A stretch of 64,000 bases of DNA, taken from an uncultured cyanobacterium (GTDB lineage Bacteria > Cyanobacteriota > Cyanobacteriia > CAKZMO01). The position numbers were made by a program, and so were the translations under genes. How positions within the stretch are numbered: position 1 is the first letter of the stretch; each line of letters begins with the position of its first letter. The stretch lies in the NCBI GenBank assembly GCA_963719515.1, contig CAVRCJ010000011.1, positions 1 to 64,000 of the forward strand, written 5' to 3'. The notes beneath the pieces are model-generated. The model was given only the letters and a program-made list of their open reading frames with translations. It was not told the origin of the DNA and ran no database searches. Shown in pieces: positions 41,222-50,615 of the stretch.

Positions 41222-42735
41222 GCGGGGGACATCGCCTCTAGCTTTTCAAGGATGGGGGAGAGGTCAAGCTGCGCGTCGACGCTGTCGGCAATGCTGTCCA
41301 GCATCACCTCGCGCTGCTCCCGGTAGTTGGGAATACCGGTGGGCAAAGAACTCAGTCCCCGCTGCTTTCTCAGGCGGTTGAGCCAGGTCCGCCGCCAAGG
41401 GCCATTGTCAAAGAGCCCGTGTAGGTAGGTTCCCCAAATCGCCTGGGTTGAGTCGACAATGCCCAGATTTGCGTCGTCAAACACGGCGTTGAAGGTTGGC
41501 TCTTTTCCATCCTCACCGTCAGCCGTCTCAGTCTGCATAATTTGGCTGCGCCCGTGGCGAATTTCATACCCCGCGACAGGAAGCCCCGTTTGAGGATAGC
41601 GGGAGGTGACCAGACGCTGACGGGCAATCTTTTGCCCCGTAATCACGGTTTTTAAGGGGACCAAGTCCAGGCCCCGGTAGCGGCCCTCATGGCCCTCAAC
41701 CCCCTCAGGGTCGGCCAGCATCCGCCCCATAATTTGGAAGCCGCCGCAGAGGCCCAAGATAGTTCCTCCGGCTGCCGCATAGTCTTGAATAGCCTCGGCC
41801 ATACCGGAGCGCTGCAGGGCGATCAGGTCGGCAATTGACGTCTTCGACCCAGGGATAATCAGCGCGTCGGGGTAGCCCAGCGACTCTTTGAGGCCGATGT
41901 AGCGCACGTAGACCGACGGCTCCGCGTCTAAAGGGTCAAAATCGGTGAAGTTGGAGATCCGCGGCAGACGGATGACGCCGATCGTCAGATCTTGGCCTCG
42001 GCTTGCGGTTCTACCGTCTAGAGACAGGGAATCTTCAGCCGGAAAGGGCTGGTCTAGCCAGGGGATGACGCCGAGGACAGGAATACCGGTGCGCTTTTGC
42101 AGCCAGTCAATACCGGGCTGCAGGAGAGACTGGTCTCCGCGAAACTTGTTGATCACGATGCCGCAGATCAGAGCGCGCTCGTCCGGCTCCAGCAGCTCCA
42201 GGGTGCCGACCACATGGGCAAAGGCTCCGCCCCGGTCGATGTCGACGACTAGGATTGTAGGAGCGTTGAGATACTTGGCCACCCGCATATTGGCCAGGTC
42301 ACGGTGCTTCAGGTTAATTTCTGCAGGACTGCCTGCCCCCTCGCACACCAAAACGTCAAAATCGTCCTCTAGCCGATGAATAGACTCTTCCACCGCCTGC
42401 CATGCTGGCTCCAGGAAGCGATCGTAGTACTCGACGGCGTTGACGGTGGCGACGGGGCGACCCTTGATAATCACCTGGGAAGTTTGGTCCCCCTGGGGCT
42501 TGAGCAGCACGGGATTCATATCGATACGAGGAGTCACCCCCGCAGCCCAGGCCTGCACCGCCTGGGCGTGGCCAATCTCTCCCCCCGCGGGGGCGACATA
42601 AGCGTTGAGAGCCATGTTCTGGGCTTTGAACGGGGAGACCTTCCACCCCTTACGGTGCAGAATACGGCAAAGCGCCGTTGTCACAAATGATTTGCCTGCG
42701 TGGGAGGTCGTCCCTACAACCATGATGGCTTTCAT
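41218..42735 (-). CDS. cobQ: cobyric acid synthase
   Basis: GTTSHAGKS, PFKAQNMALN, EGAGSPAEINL, GLCGGFQ, GTYLHG. Confidence 0.97.
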   Translation of the reverse strand: MKAIMVVGTTSHAGKSFVTTALCRILHRKGWKVSPFKAQNMALNAYVAPAGGEIGHAQAVQAWAAGVTPRIDMNPVLLKPQGDQTSQVIIKGRPVATVNAVEYYDRFLEPAWQAVEESIHRLEDDFDVLVCEGAGSPAEINLKHRDLANMRVAKYLNAPTILVVDIDRGGAFAHVVGTLELLEPDERALICGIVINKFRGDQSLLQPGIDWLQKRTGIPVLGVIPWLDQPFPAEDSLSLDGRTASRGQDLTIGVIRLPRISNFTDFDPLDAEPSVYVRYIGLKESLGYPDALIIPGSKTSIADLIALQRSGMAEAIQDYAAAGGTILGLCGGFQIMGRMLADPEGVEGHEGRYRGLDLVPLKTVITGQKIARQRLVTSRYPQTGLPVAGYEIRHGRSQIMQTETADGEDGKEPTFNAVFDDANLGIVDSTQAIWGTYLHGLFDNGPWRRTWLNRLRKQRGLSSLPTGIPNYREQREVMLDSIADSVDAQLDLSPILEKLEAMSPA

Positions 42736-42779
42736 CCAAATCCTCCGGAGATATTGTGTGCAGAGTCGCCGCTACGGAA

Positions 42780-43196
42780 TCACGTCAGCCAGCCGGGTAG
42801 GCGAACCCATCGACTAATACTATTCAAGAGGTAATCCACCCAATACGGAGAATTATCAAATTTTCTCCCCTGGTCCCACCGTTCGATTAGCTTTCGGCCC
42901 AGGGGCGTGAGCCGAAAGCTATCGGTCAACCCTTGGCCGTCGACCTCGCGCCGCAGTAGCCCTGTTTGAATTAGCCACATCAGCTCATTCTCGACCGTCA
43001 GCTCGTTTAGCGATCGCTTTAGGTAGCGGTTGCGCACCCCCAGAGAACCCGCTATTGCCCCTAACGCAACGCTTTGCCACTGCATCACCTCAAACAACCG
43101 GCGGTGAAAAGGAGAGCAGCGAACGGCTCGCTCGGCCCGTCTGAGGATCCGAGGCGTATAGGAGATAGAGCGATGTCCGGAGGGAGCAGGGGTCAT
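42780..43196 (-). CDS. Npun_F0494-like conserved cyanobacterial protein
   Basis: RAERAVRCSPF, LRREVDGQGLTDSFRLTPLG. Confidence 0.8.
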   Translation of the reverse strand: MTPAPSGHRSISYTPRILRRAERAVRCSPFHRRLFEVMQWQSVALGAIAGSLGVRNRYLKRSLNELTVENELMWLIQTGLLRREVDGQGLTDSFRLTPLGRKLIERWDQGRKFDNSPYWVDYLLNSISRWVRLPGWLT

Positions 43197-43297
43197 GGGA
43201 ATTGTCGGCTGCAGGAGTTTAACCGAATGTATGCTTATTTTATGAGCATTACCCTAATCGTCACCATCAGTCTAACGAGTCAGCCTCAGCTAATGCC

Positions 43298-45127
43298 ATG
43301 AGCTACTGCTTGAACCCCGCCTGCCCTGCTCCCACGGTTCAGATTGCCGACGCCCGATTTTGCTCACACTGCGGCACGCCGCTACAGTTGGCCCAGCGCT
43401 ACCGGGCCACCGCACCCATCGGAGAAGGGCAGTTTGGTCAGACCTTCCTAGCGGTAGGTGCGGCAGCAAATACGACAATAAGGCGCTGTGTTATCCGTCA
43501 GGTGCCCATCCCGACCCTCGACGGGCCGCCGCTGCAGGCGGAACCTGTCCGCTCCCGCAGCCACGCCTTGCGGGAGCTTAGCTCGCATCCACAGCTGCCG
43601 GCGCTGTTGGCCTGGTTCACGCAGCAGCGGCACTACTACTGGGTTTTCGAGCTGGTTGAGGGGACAGCGTTAGAGGCTCTAGGCTTCGCCCTAAGCCTAG
43701 AGCAGGCGTTGCAGCTGCTGACCGCTACCCTACCCGTGCTGCAGGCTCTCCACACCGCAGGCATTCACCACGGCGACCTCAAACCAGCCAACCTAATTCT
43801 GACCGCTTCTCCCTCTGCTGCCGGGCCGCTTTCCCCACCCCGGCTAGTCGGGGTGGACTTTGGCCGGTCCTATCCGGCTCCGCAAGAGGCCTATAGGTCA
43901 GACCTGCAGAGCTTGGGGCGGCTGTGCGCCTATTTAATGACCCCGCTTCCCCGACCGGCCTGGTCTTCGTTTGAGGGGCAAGCCGCTGCACCGCAAGACC
44001 CCAAACTGCAAGACTCCAGACTGCAAGCGGTGCTAGAGCGCTTGATGGCCGCTGACGATGGCGGCTACGATAGCGCCCACACCGCTGCCGCCGCCGTTGC
44101 TGCGATCGCCCAGGGCAGGGAATATGAGTCGAGCTTCAACGAGGCCCCGACGCTGGTGCCGCAGGGGCGGGCGGCAGAGGCCCTACCGGACGAGGCCTTA
44201 TCGGACGGTCTAGAAGCCCTGACCTCCGATGGTCCCCAGTGGCTCTGCCGCCATACGCTGACAGGCCACGACACCTGGGTCCGCTCCGTGGCCGTGAGCG
44301 CCGACGGGCAGTGGATCATGAGCGGCAGCGGCGATAAAACCGTCAAGGTATGGTCTACCAAGACCGGAGCGCTGCGCCATACCCTGAAGGGCCATAGTGC
44401 CTGGGTGAGGGCGGTGGCTACTCACCCCAATCGGCCTCTGGTCGCCAGCGCTAGCAACGACAAATTGATTCATCTTTGGAATCTGGAAACCGGCCAGCAG
44501 GTTCAGACCCTCAAAGGCCACACCGACTGGATTCGCGCCCTGTGCTTCCTCCCTGGCGATCGCCTCGCCTCAGCCTCCCAAGACAAGACAATTTTGCTGT
44601 GGGATTTGGCCTCTGGAACGGTGATTCGCACCCTGCAGGGCCATCAGCACTGGGTGCTATCTCTGGCGCAGCCCGACGACAGCGTCCTGGTGAGCGGCAG
44701 CCGCGATCGCACCCTCCGCCTGTGGGATCTTGCTTCAGGGCGCTGTCTCCGGGTGCTAACGGGGCACCGAGATGAGGTCACTAGCCTCGTCTACTGCCCC
44801 CATACGGGCCATATTATCAGCGGCAGTACAGACCAGACGATTCGCTACTGGCGCGGGAATACAGGAGACTGTAGCCACACCATCAACTGTTCTGCCAGAA
44901 TCAGCAGCTTGGCCGTCTCCCCCAGCCAAAAGCTGCTCGCCGCTGGCCGCAGCGACAACAGTATTGGCCTTTGGAACGTGAGCGATCGCCGTCCTGCTGG
45001 CCAGCTCGTTGGCCACAGCAACTGGGTGTGGTCAGTCAGCTTCGCCCCTAGCCAGCCGCCCCGACTCGTGAGCGGCAGCTGGGACGGGACTGTTAAGATT
45101 TGGTGCCCGGCGGACACAGCGAGTTAG
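43298..45127 (+). CDS. Ser/Thr kinase-like domain plus WD40 repeat protein
   Basis: YCLNPAC zinc ribbon, GEGQFG, HGDLKPAN, DFG, seven GH...WD-type repeats. Confidence 0.88.
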   Translation: MSYCLNPACPAPTVQIADARFCSHCGTPLQLAQRYRATAPIGEGQFGQTFLAVGAAANTTIRRCVIRQVPIPTLDGPPLQAEPVRSRSHALRELSSHPQLPALLAWFTQQRHYYWVFELVEGTALEALGFALSLEQALQLLTATLPVLQALHTAGIHHGDLKPANLILTASPSAAGPLSPPRLVGVDFGRSYPAPQEAYRSDLQSLGRLCAYLMTPLPRPAWSSFEGQAAAPQDPKLQDSRLQAVLERLMAADDGGYDSAHTAAAAVAAIAQGREYESSFNEAPTLVPQGRAAEALPDEALSDGLEALTSDGPQWLCRHTLTGHDTWVRSVAVSADGQWIMSGSGDKTVKVWSTKTGALRHTLKGHSAWVRAVATHPNRPLVASASNDKLIHLWNLETGQQVQTLKGHTDWIRALCFLPGDRLASASQDKTILLWDLASGTVIRTLQGHQHWVLSLAQPDDSVLVSGSRDRTLRLWDLASGRCLRVLTGHRDEVTSLVYCPHTGHIISGSTDQTIRYWRGNTGDCSHTINCSARISSLAVSPSQKLLAAGRSDNSIGLWNVSDRRPAGQLVGHSNWVWSVSFAPSQPPRLVSGSWDGTVKIWCPADTAS

Positions 45128-45288
45128 CCCTTCGCGTACCTTTGTAGGAAGCGAGGCCCCGTACCTATAGGCGGAGAGCCCCAGCCACCAGCTACTTCCC
45201 ATGCATCGGAAGGGCTCCGCAGCTCCACTATGACGGCTATATATTGCGAAATTTACCCTATTTTGTAAACATATATAACGAAAATGAC

Positions 45289-45336
45289 GTCAAGACAGCA
45301 TGCCGTCTTGACAGCACCTCTGACACCCCTTATTCT
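45289..45336 (+). promoter_or_regulatory. sigma70 promoter with overlapping palindromic operator
   Basis: GTCAAGAC-N8-GTCTTGAC (45289-45312) overlaps TTGACA (45308-45313), followed by 17 nt and TATTCT (45331-45336). Confidence 0.65.
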
Positions 45337-45360
45337 GCAAACATACCCGGGTATTTGAAT

Positions 45361-45741
45361 ATGTCTAGCCAATATATGAAGGACAAAAACAAGGTTACGT
45401 TATACATTCCTCCAGAGTTACATCGCCAGCTTAAGATCCAGTCTGCTGTTGATTCTGAGCCGATGTCTGCGATCGCTGAGCGAGCGCTTGTGCTCTACCT
45501 AGAGCATTCAGAGGAATGCAGTCCTAGCCACGGCCATGCCTACCAGGTTCACAGCTGCCCCAAGTGCAGCGCTGACTTTATTCTCCAGAATGGAGAAGCG
45601 GTGGCGATCGCTGGCCGCGGCGGAGCAGACAGCTCAGTAGATATGCTCAGTTCGCAGGTCATTGACGATCTCGACAGTGCGGCGAAAGGGAAAGACTACT
45701 TGACCCAAGAGCACGATCCCGAAGAGCTAGTCCCCTGCTAG
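45361..45741 (+). CDS. ribbon-helix-helix-like protein (slr0373-like first gene of the operon)
   Basis: KVTLYIPPELHRQLKI..EPMSAIAERAL; CPKC. Confidence 0.75.
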   Translation: MSSQYMKDKNKVTLYIPPELHRQLKIQSAVDSEPMSAIAERALVLYLEHSEECSPSHGHAYQVHSCPKCSADFILQNGEAVAIAGRGGADSSVDMLSSQVIDDLDSAAKGKDYLTQEHDPEELVPC

Positions 45742-45850
45742 CCCGCCTTGCCTGACAGCGCCAACCGTTGTCTAAGCCCAATGCGATTTCATGCAGAGCT
45801 TATTGCTTGCGTCTCGTCTAGTCTCTCTGTCACAACGTATAGGTTTGATC

Positions 45851-47356
45851 ATGAAAGAAGAGCTCAATATATTAGTTCAGGCTCAATATCCTTTGATCTA
45901 CCTGGTGACTTCAGAGGAGGAGCGCGCAGTTAGCACCATTGCCCAGCTCCAGCCGGGCCGTAAGCTATTCGTCTGGACCGTAACTCGCGGCATTATTGAG
46001 CACGATGCCTCTCGTGGAACCGCTCAACCGAGCCATAACACCGTTTCGCCCGAGGCCGCGATTGAGTGGACGGTTCGTCAAAAGGAGGCTGGAATTTACG
46101 TCTTTAAGGACATCCATCCTTTTCTAGATTCCCCTGCAGTGACCCGCTGGCTCCGAGACGCTATTAGCAGCTTCAAAGGCACCCAAAAGACCATCATTCT
46201 GATGTCGCCCGTCCAGCAGGTTCCCATTGAGCTTGAAAAAGAGGTTGTCGTACTCGACTTCCCGCTGCCCACCCTGTCTGAGCTCAACCAAGTCCTCTCC
46301 AAGCAGCTCGACCAGGTCAAAACTCGGCGCATCTCTACCGAAGCTCGAGAAAAGCTTTTGAAGGCGGCTTTAGGGCTGACCCGCGATGAAGCCGAGAAGG
46401 TCTACCGAAAGGCCCAGGTCACTGCAGGGCGACTGACGGACGAAGAAGTCGACGTCGTCTTGTCTGAGAAGAAGCAGCTCATCCGGCGAAACGGCATTCT
46501 TGACTACATCGAAGAAGATGAGACCATCAACTCCGTCGGAGGCCTTGCCGAGCTAAAGCGGTGGCTCCAGCAGCGCTCTGAGGCCTTTACGGAGAGAGCC
46601 CGTGAGTACGGCTTGCCCCAGCCTAAAGGGATGCTTATTTTAGGCGTACCGGGGTGCGGAAAGTCCCTCATTGCCAAAACCACTTCCCGGCTGTGGGGGC
46701 TGCCGCTGCTGCGTCTGGACATGGGCCGAGTGTACGATGGCTCGACTGTGGGACGCTCCGAGGCAAATTTACGCAGTGCCCTCAAAACCGCTGAATCGAT
46801 TTCTCCTGTTATTCTATTCATTGATGAGATAGACAAAGCCTTTGCTGGGTCAGCAGGCTCCGCCGACTCCGACGGCGGCACCTCTAGCCGGATTTTCGGC
46901 TCGTTCCTCACCTGGATGCAGGAAAAAACGTCCCCCGTATTCGTGATGGCCACCGCCAACCGAGTGGAGCGCCTGCCGAGCGAGTTTTTACGCAAAGGAC
47001 GCTTCGACGAAATTTTCTTTGTTGATTTGCCCAACGCCGAAGAGCGAAAAGAGATTTTCAATATTCATCTCTCCAAGCGGCGTCGGGAAGTTGGTCGCTT
47101 TGATATGGACCAATTGGCCAATGTCTGCGATGGATTCTCGGGAGCAGAGATTGAGCAAGCGCTGATTGCCGCGATGTACGATGCGTTTGCCCAAGACCGA
47201 GAGTTCACTCAGCTAGACATCATTGCGGCTATCAAGTCAACATTACCCCTTTCTAGAACGATGAGCGAGCAGGTTACCGCCCTTAGAGAATGGGCCCGGC
47301 AGCGCGCGCGACCTGCTGCTGCATCAGTCGCTGAGTATCAGCGGCTGGAGTTCTAA
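45851..47356 (+). CDS. ycf46: Ycf46-like AAA+ ATPase
   Basis: GVPGCGKS, LFIDEIDK, RKGRFDEIFFVDLP. Confidence 0.85.
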   Translation: MKEELNILVQAQYPLIYLVTSEEERAVSTIAQLQPGRKLFVWTVTRGIIEHDASRGTAQPSHNTVSPEAAIEWTVRQKEAGIYVFKDIHPFLDSPAVTRWLRDAISSFKGTQKTIILMSPVQQVPIELEKEVVVLDFPLPTLSELNQVLSKQLDQVKTRRISTEAREKLLKAALGLTRDEAEKVYRKAQVTAGRLTDEEVDVVLSEKKQLIRRNGILDYIEEDETINSVGGLAELKRWLQQRSEAFTERAREYGLPQPKGMLILGVPGCGKSLIAKTTSRLWGLPLLRLDMGRVYDGSTVGRSEANLRSALKTAESISPVILFIDEIDKAFAGSAGSADSDGGTSSRIFGSFLTWMQEKTSPVFVMATANRVERLPSEFLRKGRFDEIFFVDLPNAEERKEIFNIHLSKRRREVGRFDMDQLANVCDGFSGAEIEQALIAAMYDAFAQDREFTQLDIIAAIKSTLPLSRTMSEQVTALREWARQRARPAAASVAEYQRLEF

Positions 47357-47507
47357 CAAGCTTTCCTCTATCTCCTCAGTCTGGAGTAGGGGATTGGCTA
47401 GCACCGCTAGCAGCATCAAAACCGATAGCTTGCCCCAACAGGCGCTTACGGTTTGTCCTCTGTCAAACACGTTGTTTCTCTATCTATTTCCTCAGGAGAA
47501 AATACTC

Positions 47508-47861
47508 ATGTCTCACTTTAGCACCCTACGCACCAAGATCACGGACGCCGCTATCCTCAAGTCCTCCTTGTCTGACCTAGGTATCACGGTTAAGTCCAAT
47601 GCCGACGTCCGTGGCTACAACAGCCAGCGCGTCCGGGCTGACATCGTTGCCGTCCTTGATGGTGAGTACGATCTCGGTTGGTCTCTCAACAGCGATGGAT
47701 CCTACGATCTGATTGCTGATCTCTGGGGCGTTGCCAAGAAGCACAACCAGACTGAACTCATCAACTCCATCAACCAGAAGTACGCCGTCAACAAGACGCT
47801 GGCTGACGTCAAGCGTCCTGGTCTGCAAGGCGCGAACGTCAAGCTGGTTATGCAGAAGTAA
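47508..47861 (+). CDS. ycf35: Ycf35/DUF1257 protein
   Basis: MSHFSTLRTKI, VRGYN, YDLIADLW, QKYA. Confidence 0.88.
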   Translation: MSHFSTLRTKITDAAILKSSLSDLGITVKSNADVRGYNSQRVRADIVAVLDGEYDLGWSLNSDGSYDLIADLWGVAKKHNQTELINSINQKYAVNKTLADVKRPGLQGANVKLVMQK

Positions 47862-47888
47862 AAAATCTCCTTGAGCGTTCCCAAATTT

Positions 47889-47918
47889 GGGTTGGCCGAT
47901 TGGCCAACCCTTTTTTTT
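47889..47918 (+). terminator. rho-independent terminator
   Basis: GGGTTGGCC-GATT-GGCCAACCC followed by T8. Confidence 0.9.
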
Positions 47919-48171
47919 ACGAAGGCAGCTTGACGCGCCGTGGACTAGACAGACCGTAGCCGATCACAGGCCGGAAATTTAGAGCGCATTAAAACGAAAG
48001 CCTGACGTTCGCTGCTTCCCAAAACGGCTCAGTTCCTTTACTCTATACCGTAGGACCGTCTTGAACTTACTTCAATCATTCACATTCGGTGTTGATTGCC
48101 TTCAGATTGCACCAGCCTGTGCCAGGGTGCGCTAGGGTATTCGTCGTCAACCTACAGGTCGTGTACATTTC

Positions 48172-48855
48172 ATGCAGACTGAAGCATTCAGCGAACTTTT
48201 TCCACTGTTTGGCTCTGCTAGTCCAGAAACGCTAGAGTGGCTCCTTTCGATTGCTGTTGAGCATGACTACCCCGCCGACCGGGCCGTCCTCATGGAGGAT
48301 GCTTGGGGAAACGCCGTGTACTTTATCGAAGCGGGATGGCTCAAGGTTCGTCGCCACTCTGGAGATGATGTTGCCGCACTAGCAATTCTAGGTCAGGGCG
48401 ACTTTTTTGGAGAGATGGCGATTTTGGACGAGTCTCCTCGATCAACCGACGTAATTGCCCTATCGTCAGTCAAGCTTCTCAGCGTCTCCGCCCAGCGGTT
48501 TATCCAAACGCTGTTCAAAGATTCTCAGCTTCACCACCGCCTACTGCAGCTGATGGTAAAGCGGCTTCGTCAAACCAACGCCCGCTTCCAGCTGCGTCAC
48601 CAGCCCCCGGCGATTAAGCTGGCCAATACGCTCATTCAGCTCTCGGAGCAGTACGGTTCCCCCACAGAAAACGGAACCAAGATGTTCAACGTGCCGCCAA
48701 AAGATTTAGCCGACGTCACCGATATCGGCCTAGAAGATACTCACAAGATTTTAGAAAAGCTGAGCGACAAGGGTTGGGTCCGAGTTGTTCCGGATGAGCA
48801 GGCGCTGTATATCACTAACGGTAAGCAGCTCACGCACTTGGCGGGTCAGCTTTAG
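48172..48855 (+). CDS. Crp/Fnr family transcriptional regulator
   Basis: GDFFGEMAIL..PRS cNMP-binding motif; C-terminal HTH. Confidence 0.9.
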   Translation: MQTEAFSELFPLFGSASPETLEWLLSIAVEHDYPADRAVLMEDAWGNAVYFIEAGWLKVRRHSGDDVAALAILGQGDFFGEMAILDESPRSTDVIALSSVKLLSVSAQRFIQTLFKDSQLHHRLLQLMVKRLRQTNARFQLRHQPPAIKLANTLIQLSEQYGSPTENGTKMFNVPPKDLADVTDIGLEDTHKILEKLSDKGWVRVVPDEQALYITNGKQLTHLAGQL

Positions 48856-48967
48856 CCGTAAAGAAGTATTGCTGGTTTCAAACAATATGATTAAGGCGAA
48901 CGGGGCATTGCATCGTAGCGTGGTAGCTTACAGGCACAATACCTTAACTAGATCTTAGGAGCACGGG

Positions 48968-49450
48968 ATGATTCAGCGCACTCCGCCCCCCCCTTCCATT
49001 TCGCCCCGTCAGATGAACCTGCTGCGCGTGGTGTCGTATATGGCTTGGAGTGATGGCGGCCTCGCCGAAGAAGAAGCCGATGTGATGCTCAAGCGGCTCA
49101 GCAACGTTTTTGTAAAAGATGAAACCCAAGCGGCAGACCTACAGGAAGAGCTACGCTCGTATTTGGTCCAAAAGATTCCGCTGCAGGAGCTAGTTCCTAA
49201 ACTGCAGACCCACGAAGAGCGAAAGTTTGTGCTGCGGTTGGGCTACGAAGTGATCCGGGCTAACGTGCGACTGCCCGGGGAAGATGCCGTCAACGAAGAT
49301 GAGGCCGACGCCTACGACACCCTGAAAGCGCTGCTAAGCCTTCCAGAGGGCGAAGTACAGCAGATTGAGGCGGAAGTTGAAGCTGAGGACAACGAGCCAG
49401 GGGAGATCCTGGCGACACTGACCCGAGAGCTGCGCAATTTTGCGGGCTAA
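48968..49450 (+). CDS. TerB-like protein
   Basis: MAWSDGGLAEEE, VNEDE. Confidence 0.75.
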   Translation: MIQRTPPPPSISPRQMNLLRVVSYMAWSDGGLAEEEADVMLKRLSNVFVKDETQAADLQEELRSYLVQKIPLQELVPKLQTHEERKFVLRLGYEVIRANVRLPGEDAVNEDEADAYDTLKALLSLPEGEVQQIEAEVEAEDNEPGEILATLTRELRNFAG

Positions 49451-49459
49451 CCCCGACCG

Positions 49460-50419
49460 CTAGCTCATCTCTAGCATGCGCTGAATCGGCCGATAGGCCG
49501 CCACCCGCGTCGTCTCCGGCATTGTGATTTCCGGAGACCTGTTCTTCATTGCCAGATACAGCTTCTCCAGCGTATTGAGCCGCATGTGGGGGCACTCGTT
49601 ACAGGCGCAGTTGTTTGTGGCGGGTGCAGGAATAAAGCGCTTGCCGGGGGCCTGCTTGTCCATCTGGTGGATGATGCCGGGCTCGGTAGCCACAATGAAT
49701 GTAGTAGAGGCGCTGCGCTGCACGTAGTCGAGCAGGGCCGTCGTAGAGCCAATGTAGCTGGCGTGACGGAGGACAGGGGTTTCGCATTCGGGGTGGGCGA
49801 TCACTTCGGCCTGAGGGTGCTCGACCTGGAGCTGAACAATGTGCTTTTCAGAGAAGGTTTCATGGACAATACAGCTGCCTTCCCAGAGCAGCAGATCTCG
49901 CCCGGTTTGAGCCGCCACATAGCGCCCCAGGTTGCGATCTGGGGCAAAGATGATGGGCTGATCTTCAGGAATCTGCTGAATGATTTTGACGGCGTTGGAG
50001 CTGGTGCAAATGATGTCGCTCATTGCCTTAATCTGGGCGGTACAGTTGATGTAAGACACCACGAGATGCTCAGGGTGAGCGGCTTTGAACTGGGCAAACT
50101 GCTCGGGGGGGCAGCTATCGGCCAGTGAGCACCCCGCCTCTAAATCAGGAAGCAGCACCAGCTTGTTGGGGTTGAGAATTTTGGCCGTCTCCGCCATAAA
50201 ATGAACCCCCGCAAACACAATGACCTCTGCATCTGTGGCAGCAGCTTGACGAGACAGGCCCAGCGAATCCCCAATGTAGTCGGCGACGTCCTGAATGTCG
50301 CCCTCTTGATAGTAATGGGCCAGGATGACAGCATTAAGCTCGCGCTTGAGGTCGGCGATCGCGGCAAATAAATCGAGTGGGAGCGCGGGAGTCGGCGGGG
50401 AAGGGGCGGTAGTAAACAC
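49460..50419 (-). CDS. nadA: quinolinate synthase
   Basis: [35 protein letters not shown]. Confidence 0.97.
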   Translation of the reverse strand: MFTTAPSPPTPALPLDLFAAIADLKRELNAVILAHYYQEGDIQDVADYIGDSLGLSRQAAATDAEVIVFAGVHFMAETAKILNPNKLVLLPDLEAGCSLADSCPPEQFAQFKAAHPEHLVVSYINCTAQIKAMSDIICTSSNAVKIIQQIPEDQPIIFAPDRNLGRYVAAQTGRDLLLWEGSCIVHETFSEKHIVQLQVEHPQAEVIAHPECETPVLRHASYIGSTTALLDYVQRSASTTFIVATEPGIIHQMDKQAPGKRFIPAPATNNCACNECPHMRLNTLEKLYLAMKNRSPEITMPETTRVAAYRPIQRMLEMS

Positions 50420-50463
50420 GGCGAATCTAAAACCCTTGAACGTGGAGCAATCCGTTACCTCGA

Positions 50464-50486
50464 ATTATAGTAGATTCTACTAAAAT
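50464..50486. promoter_or_regulatory. NrtR-like operator upstream of nadA
   Basis: near-perfect palindrome ATTATAGTAGA-T-TCTACTAAAAT. Confidence 0.6.
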
Positions 50487-50615
50487 TGACAGGGAGCGGC
50501 CTCGCCCTCAAGTTGAGGTGTTTCAGACTCGACAATCTGCCGAATTGTGCAGGGCTTTAGTCCCATCGCGATAGGTTTTGGCCCGGTCCGTCTACCGGGC
50601 CAAAAGCGACTATAG

